Source: Octopus sinensis (taxonomy: Eukaryota). From it: 64,000 nt of DNA. Of this stretch, positions 41,291 to 56,046 are shown in pieces. Each line of letters starts with the position of its first letter. Positions within the stretch are counted from its first letter, which is position 1. The position numbers and the translations under genes were made by a program. The DNA lies in the NCBI RefSeq assembly GCF_006345805.1, contig NC_042997.1:7440001-7504000 (forward strand). The letters are read 5' to 3'. The notes beneath the pieces are model-generated. The model did not search any database. It was not told the origin of the DNA and saw nothing but the letters and a program-made list of their open reading frames with translations.

Positions 41291-41852
41291 CAAGTCGGCT
41301 TCTGGCCTAGTTAGGCGTGTCTCATGGGGGGTGGCGTCCATTTAGCGTTCGCCGCCAACCTCTCTAGAGAAGGTATCTGAATAATAACACCGATAGTTAT
41401 GTCACCCCAGCACCAACTTTCTCAGGACTGAAAATATCAAATATGAATTTATAATACAATGTAGTGAACGAGAATATTGTGAAGAAATAACTATACATAA
41501 TTCAGAAACAAGAAGATACCTGAATATCTGTGTGCGTATGTATGTGTAGATGTATATATACACTGGCACCCTAGTCATAAGAGCAACATTTTCACGACAT
41601 CCCAGGAGAAGCATGTCACAGAAAAATCGAAAAGATTTTGCTGAGAAGCACTGCCCACAGCCTTACAAAGATGCTATGAATTTAACTGTCTGTGTTGTAT
41701 CACATGAAGATATTTCGCTGCTACCCCTGCCACATCCTTCCCCAAGCTTTCAGTCATACTGTAATATTTCTTATCCTTCACTCGCCCTAAAATGCTAGGT
41801 GTGTCTCGGCAATTGATTCTGAAAAACATGCAAATTAAAAGTAAACAACAAC

Positions 41853-41965
<113 letters not shown>

Positions 41966-41985
41966 TAATAATAATAATAATAATA

Positions 41986-42093
41986 CCATACAATAACCAT
42001 CAGAGCATCATGACAAACCGCAGCACATACCCAAGGCACACAGATCTGCAATCGGTAGTGAAATGAACGCATGCTATAAAAATAAAACTACTG
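41986..42093 (+). mobile_element. 3' UTR-only copy of the same R4/Dong-like family
   Basis: Matches the reverse complement of 40826-40935 (ccatacaataaccatcagagcatca...ctataaaaataaaactactg-(AAT)n) and is flanked by (AAT)n. Confidence 0.85.
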
Positions 42094-42535
42094 AATAATA
42101 ATAAAGTAATAATGCTGTTATATATAATGATGGTCAATTCTGTTTTTCTTTGCAAATAAACTCACGCATTATATATTCATATATTCGTTCTTCATTTTTT
42201 CATTACTGTTCTTATTTTATGTGCATTGTCTTGAAATCCTTCGAGGACAGAATGAATGAAGGGGAACATGAGGAGACACATAAGATCGAGAGTAAATGAA
42301 CAGGTCAGAAGTGTGTGACAAAAGATTTCCAGACAGTGAATAAAATATGAAAACAGTAATAAACAAGTAAAGACCGAACATATAGTGCCTGTGATTTTTT
42401 GACAAAAAATAAAAGAAAAAGAAAAATCCCATCTCGAAATATAATATCTTTTTTAATACCAAATTTCACAGAAGGAATCTTGGAATTCAAATTCATAAAA
42501 GCAATAATGATAATAATAATAATAATAATAATAAC

Positions 42536-42567
<32 letters not shown>

Positions 42568-42588
42568 CAACAACAACAACAACAACAA

Positions 42589-42623
<35 letters not shown>

Positions 42624-42648
42624 TAATAATAAGAAGATGATTATGATA

Positions 42649-42690
<42 letters not shown>

Positions 42691-42777
42691 AGGGACGAGG
42701 AAGAGAAGAAGAAGAAGAAGATGAAGGGGAAGAAAAAGAAGAAGAAGAAGAAGAAGAAGAAAAAGAAGAAGAAGAAG

Positions 42778-42955
42778 ATGCATGGAGCCCACCTTCCACG
42801 TGCAGGCACTGATCGCCTAGTCATGAAGATAGCAAATGGAGGAAGGTGTATGATAAGCGTGGAAGATTTCGTGTGCCTCGCACTCGAGAGCTTCGTAAGA
42901 TATCATGCCGAAAGTAAGGAAACGTTGCTTGTGACAGTTAGGAACGAGGAAGTAT
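42778..42955 (+). mobile_element. R4/Dong-like post-RT fragment
   Basis: MHGAHLPRAGTDRL.MKIANGGRCMISVED matches the MH.ALHP.ADVDRLY..R..GGRGL.S.ED motif of this clade. Confidence 0.7.
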
Positions 42956-42956
42956 T

Positions 42957-43450
<494 letters not shown>

Positions 43451-44236
43451 ATAGAGAAAAGAGGGAAAACAAAGGAAAAAAGGAAAAACAAACACGCGAT
43501 CCCTCGCATGTGGGACAGTGTACAGCTGGTTTTAGTGTCCCCGCCCCCCGTGGTGCAGGTGTGTCTCATTAGTTGGTGTTATATCATATGTTATATATAC
43601 AAGTATATATATTACGTGCTTGTGTGTATGCGTCTGTTTGTGTTGGTGTATTTACTTTCCCGTAAGCTGGCAGTTCAGCACAAGCATCCAATAAACATCA
43701 ACAAAGCTTGCTCTATACTTAAACAAATAAAGTATTCTTATTCGATATTCTTGTATCACATTATCAACACACGTGACAGAAATAACACCAATATTTAAAA
43801 GGATGAAAAATAAACCCTTCAAATTAACAAGAACCTATACCGCCTATTCGAATCTGATATTTTGTAAACTCTAAATGCCTCAGCAGAAGGAAATAAAAAT
43901 AGCATCACCACCACAATAACAACAAATTACCTCAACATCAGCAGCTGCAACATCACGTTGGATGTTCACCTCAATTTGAAGACACTGACTTTACCAACCC
44001 TCACTCGAACACCTACGATGCTTATTCCTCTTTCCTCTAAAACTTCTATGGATTTTAATGATATTACTACCAATGACACCACTACCACTACTCCTAGTTG
44101 TACTATTTCCACTGTAGCTATAACTACTACTACTGTTGCTGGTACTTCTGCTGCTGCTTCTACTGCTATTACGATTACTATTATATCTATTAATTTTGCT
44201 GCGGCTACTAATACTACGACTAATTCTCATTGTCAT

Positions 44237-44267
<31 letters not shown>

Positions 44268-44899
44268 GCTGCTGCTGCTCCTACGGCTGCTACTACTACT
44301 ACTAGGGATCTAGTTAAATAGATTCACAAACTCTACATCCTTTGAAAGGAATTAAAATATCGCAAAGTCGGCAATACATATGTAGTTGTTCACTCTTATT
44401 GCTATCAAGTCATGATTTTGTGGAGAAATAATTGAGGGAAAAGGTTACAGAGGGATAAAAATCGGAAAACTGTGTACTTTTAACCAATAGCCAGACAGGA
44501 ATTTTCTGCGGTTAGCAGTGACAACTTTAAGGTTGTACTCTGTGAAATTTATAGTTTTGCGTCTGCGAAATTACCTGTTAATTGTAGGTTTCTAAATAAA
44601 CAGAAATACCTAATACAATCAACATGTAACTTCTTACTGTTTCTGTTGTCTCTTCATTGATTTCTATAGTGTTTTGTATATTTTCATTTTTTAATTTAAT
44701 TTGTTCTTTTAATATATTTCTCTGCATGCGTTTACTTTCCACGTATATAGTTAATTGATGGTATGCAATATACCATTAACCAGTCTGAATAATATGCTCA
44801 TTACAGAAGCGTTTTAGATATAATTCTAGTGTAAGAACATTTGAGGGGAAAATCTATGTATAAATATATAAACCTTTGTAAAATAATGTTCCTAACCCA

Positions 44900-45830
44900 C
44901 TCAACAATAGATCGAAGATTATTCTGAAGGATAGAGGCTATCTTAACCTTATCAGACAATTCGGCAGATTTGCCCAAACAAAAGTACAAAGTAGAGTCAT
45001 CAGTATAGATTACTAGCTGACAGATTATCTAGCATATCAGTGATAAAAAGAAGAGAGTTGGGTCCAGGACAGATCCTAGAGGAACCTCAGCATTAATAGA
45101 ATAACTAGATGAAGATTGACCATCAAGAACAACCTTGATATTACGATCATAAAGGACAGAGAAGATGATGTTCAGTATGAAACATGACACACCAAACAAT
45201 TGGAGTTTCTATAGAAGTCCAGCATGCCAAACCCTATTAAATGCCTTACGGATATCAAGAGAAACTGTCATAGCTTGACCAGATACATTCAAGGCACGAT
45301 AAACACGCTCAAATATAACAGTGAGAAGATCAGAAGTAGATCTCTGTCACGAAACAATATTGAGAAGGAGAATAAACGATTTGAGTCAATATCTTTTACA
45401 AAGAGGCGTTAATCAAGGGCTCAAAATCTTACTGATGATTGGTAGTAAACTAATTGTTCTATGATTACGAGGATTAGATCAGTCACCATAGTTCTTTAAG
45501 ACAAGAGCAACAGTTGGGAATCTCCATGAAGGAAAACAAGTTTTGGGGATAGACATTCGGGAGGACGTAGATAAGACAGAAGACTAATCAGGAGCGCACA
45601 TCTCAAGAGCAATGACTGGAATATCATCAGGTACAGTAGTGTTATATGGATCCAACCGTGCCACAATGGCCGCAAACATAGCAAAAGTAAGATGATAAGT
45701 GTGTAGCAGTTCATCAGTTTTGAGAAAAAAGATCAGGAAGTGAATGATCAGAGTCATCGAGAATCGAGTAAGAACTAAAGAGTGGAGCAAAGAACTCTGC
45801 TTTATCACTTTATGTGGTCAAGACCTTAGG
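44900..45830 (-). mobile_element. Decayed LINE RT fragment (CR1/L2/Jockey group)
   Basis: VPDDIPVIAL..CAP, NHRTISLLPIISKI, SLDIRKAFNRVWHAGLL, EVPLGSVLDPTLF and YTDDSTL. Confidence 0.82.
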
Positions 45831-46601
45831 TCCGTTGAATAAATTACGAATAGAAGACATATTGTTACATCTAACATCCTTAATAATTCTACAGAATCCA
45901 CGAGAGCCTACTTTCTGGGATGATATACAATCATGCTGCTGTTCGTAAAAATATATACATAGTCATAGACGCACACATTCTACTTACGGACAAAGTCATA
46001 CAAACACACACATACATATATATATACATGAATATATGCAAACATATATATGAGATTAAGAAGAAATGCGGTGTATGTGTATGTGTGTGTATGTGTGTGT
46101 GTGTGTGTGTGTGGAACATCGAAAGACTTATATTAAGATTTTTCTGTTGTGTGAATGAATATTATTCGTTTCTTTTAGTTTGCGAATGTATATTCTTACA
46201 TCGGTCATTATATAATTAGAAACATATTTTATATTTAGTTCTTTCAAAACTTGTGAAAATAAACAGCTGAAACATTTCATATATTCTAAGAAATTGAATT
46301 TCTATAACACTTATTGAAGCGATAGAGATGTACAGTTTGAGTCAAAATATACCATTGTGTCTGGCTATTTTAAAGACAAAATGATGCTTGATACATTTCG
46401 TAGCGACCATGAGCTGGGTGAAGACATACACTCAAGGCTAAATGTATTATATCAATTTTGTCATGTATTTTCGGCAATAGCTTCCTTACAAACGTGTAAA
46501 CAAATTTATATGAATACAACATGAAAATATTCCCCAAGTTAAAATTAATCTTTGAACTTTTGATGGCGTAGGAGTGCCTGTGTGGTAAGCAGCTTTCTTA
46601 C

Positions 46602-48663
46602 TGCTACCAAGTTGTCGCGTTGTTTTTCGTCACGGTGGAAGTCACGACTTACAGGAAAAATTGAACATTTTAAGCACGACCACAGGTAAATCATTTGTTT
46701 TTTGGGAGTTTGTTTTCCGTATGGTTATTATTTTTTCGAAGAAGGGTCTCCACTGTGTTCCAGACATTTGTTTGCCAGTGGTTGTGTAAGAAGACTCACT
46801 GCGTAGTGAGAATTGTGTTTATTTTAGGGTGTAGTTTCACTCCGAAAATTATTTGGAAATTTCTATGACTGTGTCTGTGCACTTTCTAGTGGAATTTTAC
46901 CATAAAGGATAGAAGTACAGCCAGAGTTGGACGGAATACTATTTGTGCTGCGAAAGACTACTAGTCTGGATTACCAGAGTAGCAGAATTGTGTTGTGCTG
47001 TGTTGCCATTTTGGATTATTTTCCTTCGCTCTTTCTTTTCCTGTCTGTCTTTCCGATCTTTTTTGTGTTTCTTTATAGACTTTAATTTGAACATTTTGAT
47101 TTTTGTTTGAGGATTTTGATTTTTGCTTTGGCAACTCTAAAATCCACTTTGGAGTGGCAAATTGTGGCCCCCAAAGAATGGTTGAAAAATTTTACGGAGA
47201 GAACGGCCGTTTTACGGATCTATTCCAGGGTCCTTGACACAATCAAGGTCTTCTCTGAGAAAGAAATTGAGGAGGAGTTGGCAGTCTATCTGCCAACTAT
47301 TAGGTTTATCCGCAGAGGTGCGACATATGGAACTATGTGTGTTCTTTTCCACACCCCTGCGGAACCTCGTAATTTTGCGAGCATGCATTTGGAGGGGGAG
47401 AAACTTTTGTTTCTCTCTACTTATGGTAGTAAAAAGTTGACAAGAGCCTGGGTGTGTGAGCTGCCACCCGGCATAGAAGCTGAATTGATAGAAGACACTA
47501 TCCTTCGGGGCCGAGGTGGTGGCCCTGCCAGGCTTTTAAATGTAAAAATTTTGCCTGTGGTTTATTGGCCCGAGTCAAAAACTCAATTTTCACCCTATGA
47601 ACCCAATCAGCGATGATCTAGTTTTACCAGATTTTTTAACAATGGCCGGTTCCCGCTACCCGGTGATGGGTGAGGGTCGTCTCCTCCAAGTATCACCTGT
47701 GCCTGGAATCGGGCCATATAAAAAAGAATTGTCGCCGGGCCAAGGCAAGTATCGTGGAACAGTTAATTGAAAAGGTATCCCCTGCTTCCCCAGTGGAAGA
47801 AAAAGTCGAGGAGTAGTTAACCTCCTCGAAAACAAAAGGAAAAAAAATAAAGAAGATGGACAACAATGGTTGCCCACCGATGGATCCTGAGACGGCGGAG
47901 GAGGAGTAGGGTCCTCCGAAGATTTCAGAAGAACTCCACCCTCCCGTCGTAAAAGGAAAAAAAAGAAGAGAAAAAGACTGGTCATTGCCGGCGACGGCAT
48001 GTCCCGAAACCCCTTCGGTGGGATGTGTTCCACAGGAGGTAGGACGAAGAATATATCCTCGTCAGTGGGATGTGTGCCACCGAGTGAGGGAGTTGAGGCC
48101 CCGCCCAGTGGAAGTGGTGAAGAATATATGTTCTTCTATCTCAGGGTAGGTGTTATTGATAGTTTCGTAGAGAAGGATATGTATAGTCGGATGCTGAGTG
48201 ACCCGACTTGTGTTGTCAGCCCAGAGTGGCCATGGCAGGTGGCTGCTCTGGTGCTGGAAAGAAAGTACTGCGATCTTATAATTGGCTCGTGGGAAAACGA
48301 GAATTATAGAATTCTTTATTGGCGCCCTGTATTGCGGTTGCATGAATGCCTGCAAGTGGCAACAAAATTGCTCGGAGAGGGATTGTAGAAGTTTGTCGCC
48401 TCCAATTTATGTATTAATTATGTTTTGTACTTGTGTGGACATTTGAGTCCAAATATAATGTATTTTAAATTGTAAGAGGGTCAGTACCTCTGTATATGTG
48501 TTTTTAATGAACAATGTCTTAGAGAAGCAGAGGGTCGGCGGGCGCTTTCAGTCTTTTCCCATCCTTATCATCTTCTTTCATTATCATTCGCCTCCTCAAT
48601 GTCTTGTCCAGCCCGCAAAGCTACCCATCTCTGCACTGCCTATATGGCAAATGAAATGAATAA
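46602..48663 (+). mobile_element. ORF1-only L1/Tx1-like retroposon (half-L1-like) with a 15-bp TSD
   Basis: Flanked by aagcagctttcttac (46587-46601) and aagtagcttgcttac (48664-48678). It contains an RRM-like ORF (47107-47616), a Y-x2-C-x4-H-x4-C knuckle (47691-47732) and an A-rich tail (aaatgaaatgaataa). I saw no EN or RT motifs. Confidence 0.65.
47107..47616 (+). pseudogene. Disrupted ORF1p-like nucleic-acid-binding protein (RRM-like, with downstream zinc knuckle in another frame)
   Basis: A 169-aa ORF with IRFIRRG.TYGTMCVLF and LSTYG.KKLTRAWVCELPP, resembling L1/Tx1 ORF1. Assignment is by motif resemblance only. Confidence 0.55.
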
Positions 48664-48803
48664 AAGTAGCTTGCTTACGAACCACATGATTCCGGATTCA
48701 GTCCCACTTCTTGGAACCTTGCGCAAGTGACTTCTACTATAGCCTCGAGTGGACTAAATCCTTGTGAGTGGATTTGGTGGATGGAAACTGAAAGACTCCC
48801 GTC

Positions 48804-48858
<55 letters not shown>

Positions 48859-48861
<3 letters not shown>

Positions 48862-49236
48862 CTGAGGACGCTCGACCTTTATTCTCTTGAAAAACGCCGC
48901 CGCCGTGGTGATCTCATTCTCGCCCACAGCATCATAAGCGGAAAGTTTAACCTCTTGAAAGAGCTGTTCTTCACCTCTGCTCCAGAGCGTCGGCTGCGGG
49001 GTCATTCCGAAAAGCTCTACCTGCGACGATTTCATCTCAATCGAAGGAGAGGAGCTTTCTCCGTCCGGGTTGCGGATCCCTGGAACAAGTTGCCAGACGA
49101 GATGATGAAGATGCCGACGACCGCTTTGTTCAAAGCCTACTTGACCTCAAGTGGCCTGAACTCTTTACATGAACACCACCCTGTACTTAACTCCATGTCC
49201 CCCTACATGGCCTTGCTATTTGCTTTTGAGCAAAAT

Positions 49237-49258
<22 letters not shown>
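48859..49258 (+). mobile_element. 5'-truncated CR1 3' end with a (TAAC)n tail, inserted in the SINE (TA)n tract
   Basis: Uninterrupted RLRTLDLYSLEKRRRRGDLI...LRGHSEKL...FSVRVADPWNKLP, the CR1 ORF2 C-terminus, followed by (taac)n. Confidence 0.9.
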
Positions 49259-49272
<14 letters not shown>

Positions 49273-52200
49273 CATATATATGTGTGTGTGTATGTATGTA
49301 TGTATGTATGTATGTGTGTGTATATGTTTGTGTGTCTGCGTTTGTCCCCAACATCGCTTGACAACCGATTTTGGTGTGTTTACGTCCCCGTAACGTAGCG
49401 GTTCGGCAAAATACACCGATAGAATACGTACTAGGCTTACAAAGAATAAGTCGTGGGGTCGATTTGCTCGACTAAAGGCGGTGCTCCAGCATGGTCAGAT
49501 TGAAATGACTAAAACACGTAAAAGAGGGTGGAACATAATTATTTTGATACCTAAGAAAACACTGCGTACCTTTCTACATCGTATGTATAACTATGACTTT
49601 AACTTCAATCGATTTACAGTATGATGTACAAAGAGCGAGGCAGTATATGTGTATGTGTTTTTGAGCTTGCATTATTTAGGTATGTACTTAAACAGACACG
49701 AAGACACACACTTCACAACTCAACACTCTCTCTGGAAATTGTGAAATACCCGGACTTCTATTATTTCAAGATTTTTTTTCCAATGACTAAAATGCTGCTG
49801 TAAATGAGTTGTGTAACAGAAAATTATGGAATTCTCCCTGCACGGTCATTCCTTTTAAGTGAAGCTCTCTTCTTTAAATCTACTGTGTAAGTTGGGAGAG
49901 GCTGCATGATGTAGGCTTTCTTAAAATAAAACTTGTGATAGGATGTGACAGAACTAGAGGCAAATTCCTAAATAAAATAAGAAGGTAAAGAAATGTTAAA
50001 AATATAAACGATTTACTTATTTGATTCTTATGTCGCAGTTTGAGAATTCCTTGTTAAGGCTTCAGACAACAAGAATGTAAGAAACGGAAAAAAAATTATA
50101 CAAATTATATGTAGTTACAATCTGATAATCAATATTCAAACAAACGCCAGTATATCATATTTAAAATGCCACGAGAATAAATTTGTGAAATATAGGCTTT
50201 ATTCCTAATCAGCCTCTTTCAGAAATCATGGTGAAATGATAAATGTGCGTGGTGGAAATGGTTTGAATTGCTTTATTTTCTTTAAGGGAAAAAAAATTGA
50301 TGCTAGTTGTACAATTTTGTTCTGTTGTACTGAAAATTTTGTTATAAACAGTTTCTTTAAATGGACATACTTTTGTGTTGGTGCATCAGGTTTCTGGTCG
50401 GCTTCTGAAAGCTTTAGTCATAATAAGAAAATCAGAGTAGTATTCGTTATTACATAATTACAAATATATAAATGTGCTCGTTTGTCTATACACAGAGAAT
50501 AAGATTATAGAAGAATATAGCTAAACGCAACAAATAACTTCATGTCTTGAGAAGCAAAATAACAGTAAGAAAATTATGAACAGTAGTTGATATACGATAT
50601 AACAGAAAACTTAAAAGTATATTTCCTATGACGCTAAGTATAATATTGTTACTATATGGAGTATATCATGATATAACAAATATAAATTTCATTTCAGCGT
50701 TCACCCGCTGTTTTGAGAATGCATATCATTCAAAAGATAAAGAAAAGTGCAACTATGTTCACATGTCAACCACGTACCTGTATGTTATCAACAATGTAAA
50801 ATACACTAGTTATGTAGTCTAAACACAGTTGTATTTGGATATTCTTATAATGATAACACAATGGTACGCAGTGGGAATCGCAACTGAGAATAAGATAAGT
50901 TTTATTAATACGTGTTAATAGCGTGATTTTGTTTTCTTCCGTTTTTTGGTTGTGCATTTACAGCGTACAAACTCCTCCGCGAAAAGTATTTTTAATTTGT
51001 AGTTTAATAAATCATAGATGCATTGAATGCTGATGACTGCTTCGATGATGCTATACACAGTCGTCTGGGTCTGTACAATAAGGTTATTTAACCTCACATA
51101 TAAAACTCATAAACCAAGTTTATTTATGTTATATACGGAAAATGAACATATCCAGTGGCATTATGTATTACACCTATTTTTAAGTTCTGTATCAAGATAT
51201 AACATCAATCATTTTAGGTTGTCTCTTTTTCATCGCCAACGTTTGGAAGATTGATTTTGTAGCTTAGAGTGATTGTTTAAGTTATCGTTGACAGCCCTGC
51301 GATGTGATATTCCGATGATGTTGAACAAGTAAGTTGTGGAGTCCAAGAAATGATAAACTTGTTCCTATACCTCTTATCATTTTAGACCTTACACAAAATT
51401 TGACAATGTAAAACAATGTACCTATTTAGCATTTTGTTACAAACTATTTATCAATGAAAAATCTATTAGAAACTTAAGTTTACAAGCAAGTTCGTTTACA
51501 CAAATAATGCTTCATTAAAAAAAGAATACGGCAAAACAGACATCTTGTTTCGTTTTATAGGATATCCTACATGATACATTCTGCAGGTTTAAATTCATGT
51601 ATGAATATATGGTATTTACACCGATATATGTGTGTGTGCGCACACACGCATGTTTGCATATCGCTTATACTTAATAATAACCCATTTGTAAATGTGGGTC
51701 GTTTGGCTGATCTTATCCAGTCACGATCAACATCAGATAGAAACAGGAGGGACAGGATAAAAGAGAGTTATTGAAATAATTAACATAATTGGTGTAAGTT
51801 GAGTAACTTATCTGAAAAACGCACATGGAATTTTGCGTGGATATTTTTTCGCTTTATTTTAACATTTTGCATAAGAGCCAAAGAATTTGATAGAAGTTAA
51901 ATTATAACTATTATATACATGTCATATTTCTTGATATTATCCATAGTGAGAAATAAATAATTCCAAAGTTATCTATCTCCTTAAGCGAGCACTGAATATA
52001 TGCTGCACGGACAACGATAAGATATTTCAATAATCTAAAAACTAAATAAACTACATGGGTACATAATGTCCCGTTGTGACTTCGGTGAATATATACCTAC
52101 CCATAAGAACAAACCAATACGCAGAAATAAATATGTGCAAGCTGAAAACAGCAGTTCTAAAAATCAGCACGGATGCTGTTTGTTCTGAGTGTCACAGAGT

Positions 52201-53354
52201 ATCCTCCCGAGAAGTCCTAAGAAGAAAAAAATTAAGAAACAGCGGTAAAATATAAGGCAGTTGCGAATCTATATTCAATGTTGTTATTTTTGACTGGTCA
52301 CTTTTAGCTAGTTTTTAATTTAGGACACTCTAAACTGGTCTAGAACAGAATATATGGATATATCGCAAATAGTTAAACAATATTTCCAGTTTTATGAACC
52401 TGAAAATATACATAACAGTAATTCGCCCATAACAGTAACTTCACATGATCCAGTCAATTATCGGTTTACACTAAAGCCCTTGGCTTCGTGATTTCTGTTG
52501 TGCTTATCGAAATACATTTTGTGTTGCCGTTAACCCGGAAATCGATCCAAATAACCTACTGGATATAGATAACTCTGATATTATCAGTTGTGTGTTGGTG
52601 TAGAACCATTAAATTGGACTAGATTTATTAGAAATGTTTCTAAGTAAAATACATAAACCTAGATTGAAGTCGTTTATAGCTCAACTTTGCATATTTATAT
52701 ATTTAATATGAAATGCATATCACAGTAATTAGCAAAACGCTAATTTGAATTACCATATTACCAAGGTGATGTCTAATTTTGCTGATTGGAAGAGTATATG
52801 CAATACGTGATGTTGGCATTTTACCCGAGTGAAAAATAAATAAAAAATAATTATATGTGAAAGGAAATCATCAGTTTTAGATAAATAACAACTTAAGCCA
52901 TTTGAGATTGATGTAAAATGTTAGGGACAATAATGGAGTGCATTGCATGGATCAGGAAAGCAGTGTTACGTTCAATCGAAATTCTTAGATATATCAACGA
53001 ATATCCACTGTAGAGATTCAGGAATGACAAGAAGATTCCTAAATGTAAAACTAAGTGCCTTAAGTATTTGGGTAAGCTGGATCTGTAAAAATCATCTACA
53101 CTCTAATATTCTATATTTTGTATTGATATTTACTTCAAACTAAACACGTAATCGAAGAGGAGTCACACATTTCAAATAACCGCAGAGTAATTCATTCTAA
53201 GATTTTATACATATGCACTGGAATAATCTCATTTCAACTTGTTAACATATGAATATTTCCTGGCTGAAATATATACAATATATCTAATGAAATATAAGAT
53301 ATATGTTATATAACGCATAATGTAATAATATTAATATAATATATACTTATTATA

Positions 53355-53520
53355 CAGGAGTAGCTGTGTGATAATAACTTGCTTACCAACCACATTCTTC
53401 CAGGTTCAGTCCCACTACGTGGCAGCTTGTACAAATGCCTTCTACTATAACTTCGCGCAGACCGAAACATTGTGAGTGGATTTAGTATACAAAAACTGAA
53501 AGAAGCCTAGCGTATATGCG

Positions 53521-53556
<36 letters not shown>

Positions 53557-53818
53557 TGGGGGGGGGGTGTTTCTGTATGTGTGTGTTCGTGTGGTTGTGT
53601 GTGTGTATATGCGTGTTTGAGCCTGTGTTTGACCCCCCGACGATCATTTGACAACAGATGCTGGTGTGTTTAGGTCCCCCAAAATAGCAGTTAAAAAAAT
53701 GAGACCGATAAAATAAGTACTAGGCTTACAAAGAGTAAGCCCTGAGTGTCGACTTGTTCGTCTTAAGACGGTGGTCCAGCATGGCCAGAGTCAATTGAAA
53801 CAAGTAAAGGAATAAAAG
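53355..53818 (+). mobile_element. Diverged complete SINE (same family as 42957-43450)
   Basis: Colinear head, central microsatellite and 3' body. Confidence 0.82.
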
Positions 53819-53877
53819 AATATATGCATATATAAATGCATATATATATATATATATGTGTGTGTGTATATATATGC

Positions 53878-53913
<36 letters not shown>

Positions 53914-53932
53914 GGAAAATGAGAGGGAGAAA

Positions 53933-53941
53933 TAGATAAAC

Positions 53942-53993
<52 letters not shown>

Positions 53994-54017
53994 GGATAGA
54001 CAGACAGATAGATAGAT
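53933..54017. repeat. (GATA)n microsatellite
   Basis: Direct reading of the sequence. Confidence 0.9.
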
Positions 54018-55077
54018 TTTACCATAACCGAGGAAATGAGCATGTTTATTAGAGGCAATATACGATGTGCTGGAAATGCTACCACGTTAATTTCACATTG
54101 CCTGAAACGGGATTAATCCAATTATAGTATTGGAAAATGTATATTTGTGTTGTTGAGAATGTTTGGGTTAGACAGGGTTTATTTATGTTCGTTATCGCTT
54201 GATTCTTTCTCTGCTCATAAGCAGCAATTTGTCATGTTGTTCACTGCCAAAGACCGAAAGCTACGTTAGTATTAAGTTATACTTATAACACTCCAGTAAT
54301 GGTGTGCCACTGGCGATTTCTCTGGGATAATAAGCTTCTCTAAAGATATTAAATTGAGTATTTTGAAAAACATTTGAGGTTCGTAATAGCATGTTATATA
54401 TGATATTTCATGTTATCCGTTATAGTTTTTTTTTCTTTTTGCATAATATGTAATTATAAGAAATGAATAACAAAACTTTTAGCAATATTGCTTTGAACAA
54501 TTTTGTTGCAAAATTCATAAGTATGATGCTACAATATCTTTCAGATACAATATAATGCAGACAAAATATATGAAGTTATATAGAATATGTGAATTTATAT
54601 TGGGAATTTCTATATAGATCAGCCGTTTATCATATACCAGAATAATTATTGTAAAATATAATCTTAGTACATAAGTAATACAGTATATCTTTATAAAATA
54701 ATTTCAACAGAAGTACCCTTCACGCAAAAGGAAAGTGGATTTTAATCATACTCAATTTTGTAATGGATTTATGAAAGAAATTACCCATTAAAGAAATTAA
54801 ACATCGTATGTATTTTCCGTGATCTGTCGAGATTGTAAAATGGAAATGAATACCGCATTACCACTATATGAGCACAATCATTATTTCTATTAAATTTTCC
54901 AATGGGAAAATATTTAGTGAAATCATGCTTCAAAACCTTTACTATTAATGACATTCAAGTGTGATCAAAGTGCTTATATTATGAGGCATATAAGCATATA
55001 CATACACAGACACATATTCAAGTGTATGCATGTATGTATATTTGTATGTACATATGTAGGTATGCATATATATATAT

Positions 55078-55124
<47 letters not shown>

Positions 55125-55879
55125 GTGTGTGTGTGTCTGTGTGTGCGCCTGCACGATCAAATATACATGAACACATAAGCAGGTAGAAAGGGATCAACGG
55201 AAGGTAGCGTAAGTTGCATTTTGGAGAAATGCCTTTAAATATATAGATATAAATTCACATATATATGAATACATACTAATATCTATATGTGTGTGTGTAT
55301 GTGATAGGGCATATACAAATACATGTGTAATATGTGTGAAAATATTTAACTATAGCGTACTATATATTTTGTTTTAAATTGTATTGTTTCTTATTATTCA
55401 AGTAGATTTTGTTTTATTCAAATGCATTCATGTTTCTTAAAGGTATGTGTGATATGAGAGATTAAAGTACATGTATTTAAAGATATGAATTTTTCTGCTT
55501 ATTTTAAAAGAAATAAATATGTCAGTTTTTATTTGATTTATAATAAATAAGAAAAGTGAGTCTCGAAAGAAATATATAAATCAAGAGTGAGAACATTGAA
55601 AACTCGTGTTGTAACTGAAGAAAGGAAATACTCCCAAACTATTCCAGTTATTCATCTAATGTTTATAAATATACTTCAGTGACTTCGTTTTGTTTCATGA
55701 TTTCCTTTCTTTACATTAAACATCTAGGAATTCCAAAAACAATAACATATAGTCAAGAAGTTAGATAGAGTGATACACATACACGTACAAAATAGCTGTC
55801 TGTTGTACACACGAATATGGTCTTTCTCACAAACACACACTACCACTAAAAAGTATGTAGGTATTTTTGTATTTCCTTT

Positions 55880-55949
<70 letters not shown>

Positions 55950-56015
55950 TTTATATATATAAATGCATATACATTTATACATATATATATAAACATATAC
56001 ACAGATGTATGTATA

Positions 56016-56046
<31 letters not shown>

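Larger units (their letters stand above)
46563..49530 (+). mobile_element. SINE interrupted by two insertions (segments 46563-46601, 48664-48806, ~49320-49530)
   Basis: The three segments are colinear with the intact copy at 42957-43450. Confidence 0.8.
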
